A DNA stretch of 59,372 nt from Patescibacteria group bacterium. GTDB lineage: Bacteria; Patescibacteriota; Patescibacteriia; Patescibacteriales; UBA12075. Shown here piece by piece: positions 45,981-54,881 of this stretch; positions within the stretch are counted from its first letter, which is position 1, and each line of letters starts with the position of its first letter. A model generated the notes under the pieces. The model worked only from the letters and a program-made list of their open reading frames with translations, searched no databases and was not told the DNA's origin. The stretch spans positions 149,678-209,049 of the forward strand of contig JAHILH010000004.1 in assembly GCA_018897195.1 (NCBI GenBank), read 5' to 3'. The position numbers were made by a program, and so were the translations under genes.

Positions 45981-47081
45981 ATGAAAAAATATTTTTTTAG
46001 ATTTTTAACCCTAGGAGTCGTGGTGGCCGTTGCTTTCCCTTTTTATGCCCAGTTTTTTGTAAATTATAAAGATGGAATGTTTATTTGGTTTGTGATTGGT
46101 TGCTTGGTGGCCGGCATGATAATTGGTGTTGGTAATTTTGTAATGTTTAAATATTCTTTAAAAAAATTTATTAGCAAAATATCAAAAAAATTACTTGACG
46201 AGTCGAAGGAGTTGCAAGAAAAAAGCAGCTTAGTTAAAAACGATATTGCTAAAATTTATACAATGTTTTCTGATATTATTTCTAGTCTAGGTGACGAACA
46301 GGACAAGATGAGAGTGGTGCAAATGGCATGTTCTACTTTTTTGGGACAGATAACTGACATAAATAATTCTATTAATACGGCGGCGAATGAAACCGGTTCC
46401 CAATCTGCTAAGACGATTGAGTTTATTGCGGAAAGCACAAAGGATTCAAAACAAGCAGAGAAAGAATTGGAAAATATTAAACTAGTGGTTAACTCCTTGG
46501 GCGAGGTTATTGAAAAGCTCTGGTTGAAAGTGGATAAAATGAGTAATATGGTTGGTCTCATTAAAGAGGTTTCAGAACAAACAAATTTATTATCTTTAAA
46601 CGCCGCGATCGAAGCGGCACGAGCTGGTGAGTATGGACGTGGGTTTTCTGTGGTGGCAGATGAAGTGAGAAAATTGGCTGATGGATCATCGACGACATCT
46701 GAGGAGATAACTAGTGTTATAAATAAAATGAAAGAAGAGATGACTAGTTCCCGTGATAATTTAGCGGAAGAAATAAAGGCCATTGATGAAAGTGCAAGGA
46801 AAATTACTAAAACCTTAAATTCAATTGGGGTCATTGGGGGGTTTGCACAAAAATCAGTTGATAATGTTAATTTGATTTCTAGTTTGACAACTAGCCAGGG
46901 AACGAATTCGAGTAGTATTTCACAAAACGTAAATGAAGTTTCAGAGATCTCAAATAAAAACACGTTGTCCATTAAAAAAGCCTCTTCTTTGTTGGGGTCA
47001 ATTAATGATAATGCAATCAGCTTAGATAACACTTCGGAAGAATTAAATGAAGTGATATTACTGTTGCAATCCTTGAGCTAA
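45981..47081 (+). CDS. Methyl-accepting chemotaxis protein-like signalling protein
   Basis: Highly conserved MCP hairpin tip [35 protein letters not shown]. There are two N-terminal TM segments and essentially no periplasmic domain. Confidence 0.8.
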   Translation: MKKYFFRFLTLGVVVAVAFPFYAQFFVNYKDGMFIWFVIGCLVAGMIIGVGNFVMFKYSLKKFISKISKKLLDESKELQEKSSLVKNDIAKIYTMFSDIISSLGDEQDKMRVVQMACSTFLGQITDINNSINTAANETGSQSAKTIEFIAESTKDSKQAEKELENIKLVVNSLGEVIEKLWLKVDKMSNMVGLIKEVSEQTNLLSLNAAIEAARAGEYGRGFSVVADEVRKLADGSSTTSEEITSVINKMKEEMTSSRDNLAEEIKAIDESARKITKTLNSIGVIGGFAQKSVDNVNLISSLTTSQGTNSSSISQNVNEVSEISNKNTLSIKKASSLLGSINDNAISLDNTSEELNEVILLLQSLS

Positions 47082-47096
47082 ATTTAATAGTAAGAT

Positions 47097-47131
47097 AAAA
47101 AAAACACCTCTCACGTGGGAGGTGTTTTTTT
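47097..47131. terminator. Bidirectional terminator between the MCP gene and uppP
   Basis: A8-CACCTC-tcacgtgg-GAGGTG-T7. Confidence 0.7.
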
Positions 47132-47142
47132 GTTGAGGAAAT

Positions 47143-47940
47143 TTATTTTAATAAGTAGAAGGTGATAATTATTATGCCTAGTCCAAGACGATACCAGAAG
47201 AAAATTCCGTAGCCGTATTTTTCTAGAAATTTTAATAAATATTTAATAGCTAGGTAGCCAAAAATGGCGGAAGCCAAGATGCCGACCAGAAGAGATGAAT
47301 CTAGGTTGGTTGCAAGAAGTTTTGGTAGCTTCAGGATTGCTGAGCCCATAATAATTGGTGTTGATAGTAAAAAAGAAAAGCGAGCGGCATTAGCACGGTT
47401 GAAATTTTTAAATAAGCCTGCTGTAATAGTAATGCCTGATCGAGAAATTCCAGGAATAATTGCGAGTGCTTGGAACAACCCAATAATAACGGAATCTTTC
47501 AAGGTGACGTCTTTTAATTCCTTGTTGCCTTTGTGTTTTTTGTCAGCCCAATATAGTAAGGTGCCGGCTAAGATTAAAGCGGTAGCAATAACCAAGGGGG
47601 AGCGAAAAATGGTTTCCGCTTTTTTTTCAAATAATAAACCAAATAAAACTCCAGGGATGGTGCCAATGATTAGATAGAAAAGCAATTCCTTTTTAAAACT
47701 TTTAATACCATCCTTTTTTAAATTCACAAGCGCGCTTGAAAAAATATTTATCCAGTCTTTCCAAAAAAAAGCTAAGACAGCGATTAGAGTGCCGACATGG
47801 AGGGCGATATCAAAGGTTAAGCCAGGATCAGCCCAGCCGGTAAAATAGGGAATAAGAACGAGATGAGCCGTTGATGAGATTGGTAAAAATTCGCCAACAC
47901 CTTGAATGGCGCCAAATATAATTGATTGGATGATGGTCAT
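47143..47940 (-). CDS. uppP: Undecaprenyl-diphosphate phosphatase
   Basis: GVGEFLPISSTAHL and GISRSG motifs. Length is 265 aa. Confidence 0.9.
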   Translation of the reverse strand: MTIIQSIIFGAIQGVGEFLPISSTAHLVLIPYFTGWADPGLTFDIALHVGTLIAVLAFFWKDWINIFSSALVNLKKDGIKSFKKELLFYLIIGTIPGVLFGLLFEKKAETIFRSPLVIATALILAGTLLYWADKKHKGNKELKDVTLKDSVIIGLFQALAIIPGISRSGITITAGLFKNFNRANAARFSFLLSTPIIMGSAILKLPKLLATNLDSSLLVGILASAIFGYLAIKYLLKFLEKYGYGIFFWYRLGLGIIIITFYLLK

Positions 47941-47986
47941 AATATAAGTTTAAAAATAATATTCCTTTTTATTATATCATGGGTGC

Positions 47987-48023
47987 AAAAAAAGACTACC
48001 CATTTAAAGGTAGTCTTTTTTTT
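47987..48023. terminator. Bidirectional hairpin terminator
   Basis: A7-GACTACC-catttaaa-GGTAGTC-T8. Confidence 0.65.
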
Positions 48024-48057
48024 ATAGAAAGTATTAATTGATAACTCTTTTGCGGTA

Positions 48058-48088
48058 GAGGAAGATGAATTCCCAACCATACAAAAAA
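48058..48088. repeat. 31-nt conserved intergenic motif, copy 2
   Basis: gaggaagatgaattcccaaccatacaaaaaa. Confidence 0.8.
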
Positions 48089-48114
48089 TCTATGATTTTT
48101 TAATCTTTTTCTAA

Positions 48115-48309
48115 TTAAAACTGTCTAGGACGACGGTTTTGATTTTTTGCCTTGTGACAATCTCTGCAGTATAGCGGTCTGTCTCCATCTGGTTGAAATG
48201 GAAGCTCTGTGATTTTTGCTCCACATTGAGAACAACTCCAGTCGCCTGCGATCATTTGTCTGTCAGCAAAATTATTATTGTTTTGGCTGTACATTACTTT
48301 TTTATACAA
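48115..48309 (-). CDS. Small CxxC...CxxC zinc-ribbon protein
   Basis: CSQCG-x17-CRDCH followed by a basic tail. Confidence 0.65.
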   Translation of the reverse strand: MYKKVMYSQNNNNFADRQMIAGDWSCSQCGAKITELPFQPDGDRPLYCRDCHKAKNQNRRPRQF

Positions 48310-48388
48310 AAATCAATTGCTTAATCTTTGCACATTTTTATTTAATTATAAATACATGCTAGCATTAATATGCAGAAAAGTCAATATT

Positions 48389-48420
48389 AAAAACAGCTCT
48401 GAATACTCAGAGCTGTTTTT
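48389..48420. terminator. Hairpin terminator
   Basis: AAAAACAGCTCTGA-ata-CTCAGAGCTGTTTTT. Confidence 0.75.
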
Positions 48421-48428
48421 AATATTGT

Positions 48429-48605
48429 CTAGGATAAGAATTGGAGGGTGAATACGATCAGATAGGTGTAAACCGAGCTTACTGCCAGGGCAATAATGGC
48501 AAAGTCTTTATTAAAGACGTGTTTGTGAGCTGGAGCTTGAATAGCTTCAGCAACAGAAGTTGCAACGTTCGTGGTAACTTCCGCGTTTAATGCTTGTGGT
48601 TCCAT
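48429..48605 (-). CDS. Unlisted small ORF (58 aa) with a C-terminal hydrophobic segment
   Basis: MEPQALNAEVTTNVATSVAEAIQAPAHKHVFNKDFAIIALAVSSVYTYLIVFTLQFLS. It is below the 60-aa track cutoff, is visibly GC-richer than its flanks, and is followed by a strong terminator. Confidence 0.45.
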   Translation of the reverse strand: MEPQALNAEVTTNVATSVAEAIQAPAHKHVFNKDFAIIALAVSSVYTYLIVFTLQFLS

Positions 48606-48951
48606 ATTTTTGTTTTTGTTTTTACTTCGCCAAGCCGTAGCTTTACGAAGGATGGTTTTTTATAAAATATGTATATTATTTGATGAAAATTTATTAAAAT
48701 AGCTTTTTCTAATAAAGTTTTGCCGAATAATATAGTTTGTCAAAGAGCAAATCACTCATAAAATCAGTATAGCACATCGGGGCAAAAAAGTCAATTGTGG
48801 ATAAGCAATTATTGGCTTATGTTAAACAAAATATCGTAGAAATTTTAATGAATAAATACTTAAAAAATGTCTAAAAACAACCCAATCTTTTTTTATTTTT
48901 GGAATAATTTTTTTTGTGATATAATGGATTTATAAGTATTAAAGATTTTTT

Positions 48952-49944
48952 ATGGACTTGAGAAAAATGAATGAAATATTGGCTAATGAGCCTGGATTTC
49001 GCTATAAACAGATTGAAAAAGCGATTTATGCTGATTTTGTGGAGAATTGGGACGAGATTACGAACTTACCAAAAAAAATACGTGAAGAGTTAGCCAAAAA
49101 CTGTCAGCTGGCGGTTGAGGCACAGCTTTTTACAACTAAAAACAAGACGCAAAAGGCAGTGGTCACCTTAAATGATGGTGAAAGAATCGAAACAGTTTTA
49201 TTGCGTCATAAAGATGGACGGAATACGGTTTGTGTATCTTCTCAAGTGGGTTGTGCCCTTGGTTGCGAATTTTGTGCGACCGGAACTATGGGCTTGAAGC
49301 GGAATTTGGAAGTTGTTGAGATTGTAGAACAAGTTTTACTTTTTGCGCGAATATTAAAAAAAGAGGAAGAAAACAAGGGTATTACCAATGTTGTGTTTAT
49401 GGGTATGGGTGAGCCGTTTATGAATTATGATAATGTGATTAAGTCGATCATGATTTTAAATGATAAAGATAAGTTTAATATTGGGGCACGAAAAATTTCA
49501 ATTTCAACTTCTGGTCTAATTGATGGCATCAAGAAGTTAGCAAAGGAAGATTTGCAGGTGAACTTGGCTGTTTCCTTACATGCGCCCAATGAGGCATTGC
49601 GCACTTCTTTAATGCGGGTAAATAAGAAGAACTCGCTAGAAAGATTGCTTGAGGCGGTTGATTATTACATTGAAAAGACTTCACGCAAGGTGATGTTTGA
49701 ATATATGATGATCAAAGATGTAAACGATCAGGATATTCATGCTCGTGAATTAGCGGGTATAATGAATAAGCATTTATATTTGGTTAATCTGATATCATAT
49801 AACCCAACTGGGAAGTTTAAGGCTAGTGATAAGAAAAGAATTGAAAGATTTAAACATATTTTGGGAACAAATGGCGTGGAGGTAACAGAGCGCTATGGTT
49901 TTGGCCAAGATATTTCCGCTGCCTGCGGACAATTGGTGGCTTAA
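48952..49944 (+). CDS. rlmN: Radical-SAM 23S rRNA/tRNA (adenine-C2)-methyltransferase RlmN
   Basis: CALGCEFCATG radical-SAM motif, GMGEP, and a C-terminal catalytic Cys (AACGQL). Confidence 0.9.
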   Translation: MDLRKMNEILANEPGFRYKQIEKAIYADFVENWDEITNLPKKIREELAKNCQLAVEAQLFTTKNKTQKAVVTLNDGERIETVLLRHKDGRNTVCVSSQVGCALGCEFCATGTMGLKRNLEVVEIVEQVLLFARILKKEEENKGITNVVFMGMGEPFMNYDNVIKSIMILNDKDKFNIGARKISISTSGLIDGIKKLAKEDLQVNLAVSLHAPNEALRTSLMRVNKKNSLERLLEAVDYYIEKTSRKVMFEYMMIKDVNDQDIHARELAGIMNKHLYLVNLISYNPTGKFKASDKKRIERFKHILGTNGVEVTERYGFGQDISAACGQLVA

Positions 49945-49971
49945 AATTAAATAATTTAGTATAATATTATT

Positions 49972-50526
49972 ATGAGACATGATACAGGGGGAAACAATTT
50001 AATTGATGTTAATTATGTATTGGATAAAGCTGGAATTGGCGATAAGATGAATATTGCCGATTTAGGTTGTGGATCCACTGGTCGTTATGTCTTTGAAGCA
50101 TCAAGATTGGTTGGTAAAAATGGAATAGCTTATGCGGTTAATATTTTAAAACCGACCCTGGAGGTGGTGTCTAGAAGGGCTAGGCAGGAAAATGTGACAA
50201 ATGTTAAGACAGTTTGGAGTGATTTGGAGGTGTATAATGCCACCAAAATTGAAAGTGGTAGCCTGGACGTGACTTTATTAATAACTATGTTATTTCAAAG
50301 TACAAAAAGAGCTGAGGTTCTAAGAGAGGCGATTCGGTTAACAAAGAAAAATGGAAAGATATTAATTGTAGAGTGGAAGAATATTGCTTTACCATTTGGT
50401 CCGCCGATTGAGGCACGAGTAAAAAAAGATATGTTAATTGAGGCTGGCAAGAGATTGGGTTTAAAGCTGGAGGAAGATTTTGTTGTTGGTGATTATCATT
50501 ATGGCTTGATTTTTTCAAAAATCTAA
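49972..50526 (+). CDS. Class I SAM-dependent methyltransferase
   Basis: Motif I is IADLGCGSTG. Confidence 0.7.
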   Translation: MRHDTGGNNLIDVNYVLDKAGIGDKMNIADLGCGSTGRYVFEASRLVGKNGIAYAVNILKPTLEVVSRRARQENVTNVKTVWSDLEVYNATKIESGSLDVTLLITMLFQSTKRAEVLREAIRLTKKNGKILIVEWKNIALPFGPPIEARVKKDMLIEAGKRLGLKLEEDFVVGDYHYGLIFSKI

Positions 50527-50546
50527 AAACTTTTCATAAAACATGC

Positions 50547-50576
50547 ACTTAAGTCCACAAAACTGTGGACTTAAGT
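50547..50576. repeat. Palindromic element (inverted loop) followed by TTTTAT. It is the likely terminator of the rlmN operon.
   Basis: acttaagtccacaaaactgtggacttaagt. Confidence 0.8.
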
Positions 50577-50656
50577 TTTATAAAACTTGATTTTTGTTTA
50601 AATATAATGTATTTTGTAATTAAGATGTTCGGGAGGGATTAATTTAGTAAAAAATA

Positions 50657-50687
50657 GACTTAAGTCCAGAGTTTTGTAGACTTAAGT
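50657..50687. repeat. Palindromic element 13 nt upstream of an ATG
   Basis: gacttaagtccagagttttgtagacttaagt. Confidence 0.8.
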
Positions 50688-50699
50688 TGTAAAAAAACT

Positions 50700-51086
50700 A
50701 TGAATAGTAATCTATTTACCTTAAAGTATTGGTTTAGTATGAATGCTGGTAATTTGGCGCCAGTAGCTCAAAAAGGTTTTGTTGTTTTTTTGGTATTATT
50801 GCTTGCGTTGGCAATTTATGCCAAGCTTAAAAAGAAGGATAAGGGTATATATTTTAGAATTTGGAAAAAATTAGATTCATTTGGAACCACCAATTTAATC
50901 ATAGGTTTGTTTTTATTGTTTTTTACCTATGAGGGAGTGGTGTTCTTGTCTATGCGCTTTTGGTTTTTGTTATGGTTGGCGAGTATGATTATGCTTTTGT
51001 ATTTTGTGCACAAAGAATTTAAAAAAATACCAGAGCTTCGCGAGAAGAGAAAGCAGGCGGAGGAATTTAAGAAATATATTCCCTAA
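50700..51086 (+). CDS. Hypothetical membrane protein
   Basis: 128 aa with three hydrophobic segments and a basic C-terminus. Confidence 0.55.
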   Translation: MNSNLFTLKYWFSMNAGNLAPVAQKGFVVFLVLLLALAIYAKLKKKDKGIYFRIWKKLDSFGTTNLIIGLFLLFFTYEGVVFLSMRFWFLLWLASMIMLLYFVHKEFKKIPELREKRKQAEEFKKYIP

Positions 51087-51442
51087 TGCATTATAATAAA
51101 GAAATTGGTAATTTTGGAGAAGAAATGGCAGTAAAGTTTTTAATCAAGAAGGGTTATGAAATAATCGGGCGTAATATTCAAATGGGACAGAATGAGCTCG
51201 ACATTGTCGCCAAATTTAAAGGATTATTAGTCTTTGTGGAAGTTAAAACAAGTACCTCGAAAGATCTACTGGCGGAGGATAATATGAATAGAAATAAACT
51301 CAAGCATTTTAAAAGAGCGGTAGCTGATTATTTATCTCTAAAAAAGTTATCCTCAGATTACATCCGCCCAGACCTGATTTCAATCGATCTGGATATGCGC
51401 ACAAGAATGGCTAAGGTTCAGCATTTTGAGGACATATTTTAG
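51086..51442 (+). CDS. yraN: YraN-family (UPF0102) endonuclease-like protein
   Basis: GEEMAVKFLIKKGYEIIGRN...ELDIVA...LVFVEVKT pattern. Confidence 0.8.
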   Translation: MHYNKEIGNFGEEMAVKFLIKKGYEIIGRNIQMGQNELDIVAKFKGLLVFVEVKTSTSKDLLAEDNMNRNKLKHFKRAVADYLSLKKLSSDYIRPDLISIDLDMRTRMAKVQHFEDIF

Positions 51443-51735
51443 AAAAAATTAAATAAAGTGAATAACTTTGAAGTGGCTTATACATTATGTGTCCACAGAC
51501 AAGTCCACAAGAAAAACTGTGTTTACGCACAGTTTTTGCGCTTTTAGAGCTATTTTTAGTCTATTGACCAAAGATAATTTTTTCGATACAGTGATGATAA
51601 TAAAGGAAACGAAAATGGTTCTTTCTAAATGAATTTAAATACAGTCAAAATAAACAAAAAATACCAAAAATAAACTAAAACAAATAAGGATGAAAATGAA
51701 TTAATTTAATAATGTTTTGAGGAGGTTGTATTTAT

Positions 51736-53019
51736 ATGAATTTTTTTAAGAAAATAAGTTTATTTATTTTTGTTTTTCTTTTTTTGGGCTTGATGCCTGT
51801 ATTGGCAAAAGCAGATAATAATCAGAAAGTTGAGGCACCAGCAATTTTGAATGCTGATTTAGCAAGTCCCCACTCTCGTTGGGGTCGTCCAATTGTAATC
51901 GGTTTGGCGCCAAAAGGATCCGAAGTATTTGTTTATATCGACGGTAACTTTTCTGGAGTGGCTAAAATTAACGAGAGCAAAACAGAGACAAATAATTTTT
52001 ACTACCAACCCATTGAACCTATCTCAGCCGGTGAGCATGTTATTTCGACAGTTGCAAAAAATAGGACAACTAAAACGTTATCAGGTTTTAGTCAGAATAA
52101 AGTTGTTGTTGTAACAACATTGGCAACACCAACAGTTTTTAAACCAAATGAAGACACTATAACTGGTAACAATAAGCCGTTAATTAGCGGTTTGACCAAG
52201 AGTGGAACTAGGGTGTTGATTTATATTGATGGCGTTTATAACGGCAAGACAGAGGTGACAACTCATGAATCAGGCACAGCCGGATTTGTGTATAAACCAT
52301 TTTTACACCTAGGAGTCGGTACACACACATATTTTGCAATTGCAGAGACCAAATCTGGCAGCAAGAGTGCACAATCAAGAGCGGTATCGTTTAATATTGA
52401 AAAAAAATATCCGGCGCCAACTTTGATTTCTATAAAGGTGAATCAAAAATTGATTACCGGTCTGGCCAAGAACAATTCCAAAGTTCAGATTTATCTTGAC
52501 AAAAAACTAGTTGGTCAGTTCAGGGTTGTGAATCACAAGTCAGGAACAGCAAATTTTGCCTACACTTTACAACAACCCTTGACAAATGGTGCACATATAG
52601 TCTATGCTGTATCCATTGACGAACGAGGCAAGGAGAGTATTTGGTCAAATATTAAGAGTTTTAATGTAATTCCACCAGCTGAGAATAATCCAGTTATCAG
52701 TAAGGAGGCAGTCAGTGAGAGCGCCGCGGAAACTAAAAGTCCTTCCAACGCTCCAGTGATTGAAAATCAGGATGCAGCCTTAAATGAAATCTTAAGCACA
52801 TCATCGACCGAAAACAAGGCAACGCAAACTTCCGGCTTGATTGATGAAACAAAGAGTAATCAAGGTAAATTAAGGATGAATGTAATGGTGTTTGTTGTAT
52901 TTCTGGTAGCCTTAATGGTGTGGATATTTTGGGTGAATCGAGAATTGATTAAAGAGAAACGCGGTAAGGAAGATGTGGAAGAAAAAAAATCCACAGATAA
53001 AATCGTAGAGAAAAAATAA
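51736..53019 (+). CDS. Secreted, membrane-anchored protein with three Ig-like repeats
   Basis: Signal peptide, a three-fold repeat (..GLxKxGSxVxIYIDGxxxGxxxV....SGTAxFxYxP...G.H..xA.A) and a C-terminal TM segment followed by a basic tail. Confidence 0.75.
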   Translation: MNFFKKISLFIFVFLFLGLMPVLAKADNNQKVEAPAILNADLASPHSRWGRPIVIGLAPKGSEVFVYIDGNFSGVAKINESKTETNNFYYQPIEPISAGEHVISTVAKNRTTKTLSGFSQNKVVVVTTLATPTVFKPNEDTITGNNKPLISGLTKSGTRVLIYIDGVYNGKTEVTTHESGTAGFVYKPFLHLGVGTHTYFAIAETKSGSKSAQSRAVSFNIEKKYPAPTLISIKVNQKLITGLAKNNSKVQIYLDKKLVGQFRVVNHKSGTANFAYTLQQPLTNGAHIVYAVSIDERGKESIWSNIKSFNVIPPAENNPVISKEAVSESAAETKSPSNAPVIENQDAALNEILSTSSTENKATQTSGLIDETKSNQGKLRMNVMVFVVFLVALMVWIFWVNRELIKEKRGKEDVEEKKSTDKIVEKK

Positions 53020-53157
53020 TTTTGGATGAATGAAAGATATTGGAAGAACGATGATAATTGAGAATATATATTTTATATATTTGTGGGTGTAATGAGCCCA
53101 TTGGCCATATGAGCAGATAAAATTCTCCGCTCAGACGGGCCCCTTCTTTTGCTTTTG

Positions 53158-53199
53158 AAAACACCCTTTTGGTTAATTACCAGAAGGGTGTTTTCTTTT
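53158..53199 (+). terminator. Terminator downstream of the Ig-like protein gene
   Basis: AAAACACCCTTtTGG-ttaatta-CCAGAAGGGTGTTTT-CTTTT. Confidence 0.7.
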
Positions 53200-53315
53200 A
53201 TATAAGCCTAAAAACACACTGCTTTACAAAATAGAGATAATATGCTATATTATAGTCATCAGTTTAATTAATTATTTATTGGTATAAATATATTTTATGC
53301 CTAATTTGTAAAAAT

Positions 53316-53762
53316 ATGGGAGAACAATTTTTAAATAGAGCTAAAGGAGAGGCTGTGGAGAGAGACTGGACTGGTAATTTAGACAGAGAGGGTGTGGGGG
53401 CGTCTAAAGCGCGCGCCGATGAGCAGACTTGGCGAAAAATTGCTAAAGCAAAAGGCATGTCTGAGGAGATGTATACGATGGCAGTTGAGGAGTTTGGGAC
53501 CGAGAAGGCTAAAAAATTAAATGATCGCGTGAAGGCACAACAAGTTGAAGATAGTAGTAATAGTGACGAAAGTTTGGCGACCGACTTGCAATATGTTACA
53601 AGAAAATTAGAGGCAAAAGAGTTGAGGGCAGTGCGGGCAGGCATTAAAAAAAGTGAGACAAATAAAAGCGAGGAAGGTGGTATGGAAAAAGAAAAAGTTG
53701 CAGAAAATAAAAAACCAGAAGGTGCATTGCAAAGAATTAAAAATTTTTTTGGCAATAAGTAG
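53316..53762 (+). CDS. Hypothetical highly charged protein
   Basis: 148 aa, Lys/Glu/Ala-rich, followed by a terminator at 53785-53813. An antisense ORF of similar length also exists, and the plus strand is preferred on composition. Confidence 0.45.
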   Translation: MGEQFLNRAKGEAVERDWTGNLDREGVGASKARADEQTWRKIAKAKGMSEEMYTMAVEEFGTEKAKKLNDRVKAQQVEDSSNSDESLATDLQYVTRKLEAKELRAVRAGIKKSETNKSEEGGMEKEKVAENKKPEGALQRIKNFFGNK

Positions 53763-53784
53763 TTAAAAGAAATAAAACAAATTT

Positions 53785-53813
53785 AAAAGACCCTTTATTA
53801 GAAAGGGTCTTTT
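53785..53813. terminator. Bidirectional terminator
   Basis: AAAAGACCCTTT-attag-AAAGGGTCTTTT. Confidence 0.75.
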
Positions 53814-54372
53814 ATTTTGTTGAATCGGGCTCAGCTATGTGCTTATTAAGCAGGCGTCTTAATTCACAAAACATTTTTTTGATGTTTCTGATCGAATCGC
53901 GAGACTCATTATTGTTGCGAGGCTTTATTTCAGAAACTATGTTGTCAAATATTTTAAAGGAAAAACATGCGCCAGCATACTTCAGTTTATTTTGTTCGTA
54001 CAAAGTTGCTGTTTCTGCTCGCAATCTTTCAACGTCCTCGTTCATATAGATAAAATTTATTCCAGAGTTAAAATCATTTATCTCTTCGTTGCTGATGAGA
54101 TTAAATTTTTCCGGGTAAAACGTTAGTAAAAGGTTGCCTAGTTCACGATTGGTCAAACAATGAACGTTGCGGTAATCAATTAAAAGTTGATACAGATGGG
54201 GATTAGTGTGACTATTGATGCCGTGGTTGTCATTGGGCTTGTCAAATTTTTTATAGCGTCTTTTGTCTTGAAACTCAGAAAAACGAGGATAAGTTTCTTC
54301 CCACTGGAGTAATTTTTTACGAACTTGGCATTTTATTGTCTTGAAAATATTTCCTATTATTTTCATGATCAA
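53812..54372 (-). CDS. Hypothetical protein
   Basis: 186-aa ORF with no recognisable motif. Confidence 0.5.
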   Translation of the reverse strand: MIMKIIGNIFKTIKCQVRKKLLQWEETYPRFSEFQDKRRYKKFDKPNDNHGINSHTNPHLYQLLIDYRNVHCLTNRELGNLLLTFYPEKFNLISNEEINDFNSGINFIYMNEDVERLRAETATLYEQNKLKYAGACFSFKIFDNIVSEIKPRNNNESRDSIRNIKKMFCELRRLLNKHIAEPDSTK

Positions 54373-54576
54373 GTTCTCCTTTTTTTATTTTTTAAAGGGC
54401 AATTGGATTAATAAACCATCTTAGGTAATTAAAACCTCTTTGTCAATTATTATTGCAAGGTGAAAAAAATCGATGTAAGTAACTAGCTGTTTGCTAGTCT
54501 TTTTGTTTTTAAAATAGTATATTTATGCTAATATTAAATTTTAAATATGTATTTTTGTGACATTGGACGACAATTA

Positions 54577-54614
54577 TATAAAATAGGATAGTATAATATA
54601 AAATAGGATAGTAT
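54577..54614. repeat. Tandem direct repeat (2 x 18 bp identical, 20-bp period) within a cluster of direct repeats
   Basis: TATAAAATAGGATAGTAT occurs at 54577 and 54597. Flanking pairs are GACAtTGGAcGACAA / GACAaTGGAtGACAA (54559, 54649) and TAACTAtAATAGAC / TAACTAATATAGAC (54618, 54638). Confidence 0.7.
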
Positions 54615-54881
54615 TAGTAACTATAATAGACTGTTGATAACTAATATAGACAATGGATGACAAAATTGTTATAATTAAAATAACATTAAAAAAAATTTGC
54701 CAATCTTGTGGATAAGATGGCGTAATATCGATTTTTATTATGAATATTTCACTAATATACAAATCAGAATTTTCCGTGTCTTTGCCTTGGAAGATCATTT
54801 GTATATTCGTAGAGTATTTGTGGTTACGTTCGGTAGTAATTATTCGAGAAAAGAGCAGACCTCTTTTCTTTTTTGTTTTCC

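Noticed and set aside
46256-47032. A 258-aa minus-strand ORF.
   Set aside because: It lies entirely antisense to the MCP gene, which has an unmistakable conserved signalling motif. The antisense product is low-complexity and Ser/Leu/Ile-rich.
53276-53755. A 159-aa minus-strand ORF overlapping 53316-53762.
   Set aside because: Only one of the two can be real. The plus-strand product is followed by a terminator and has a protein-like charged composition. The minus-strand product is Ser/Leu/Phe-rich, typical of an antisense artefact. The call remains low-confidence.
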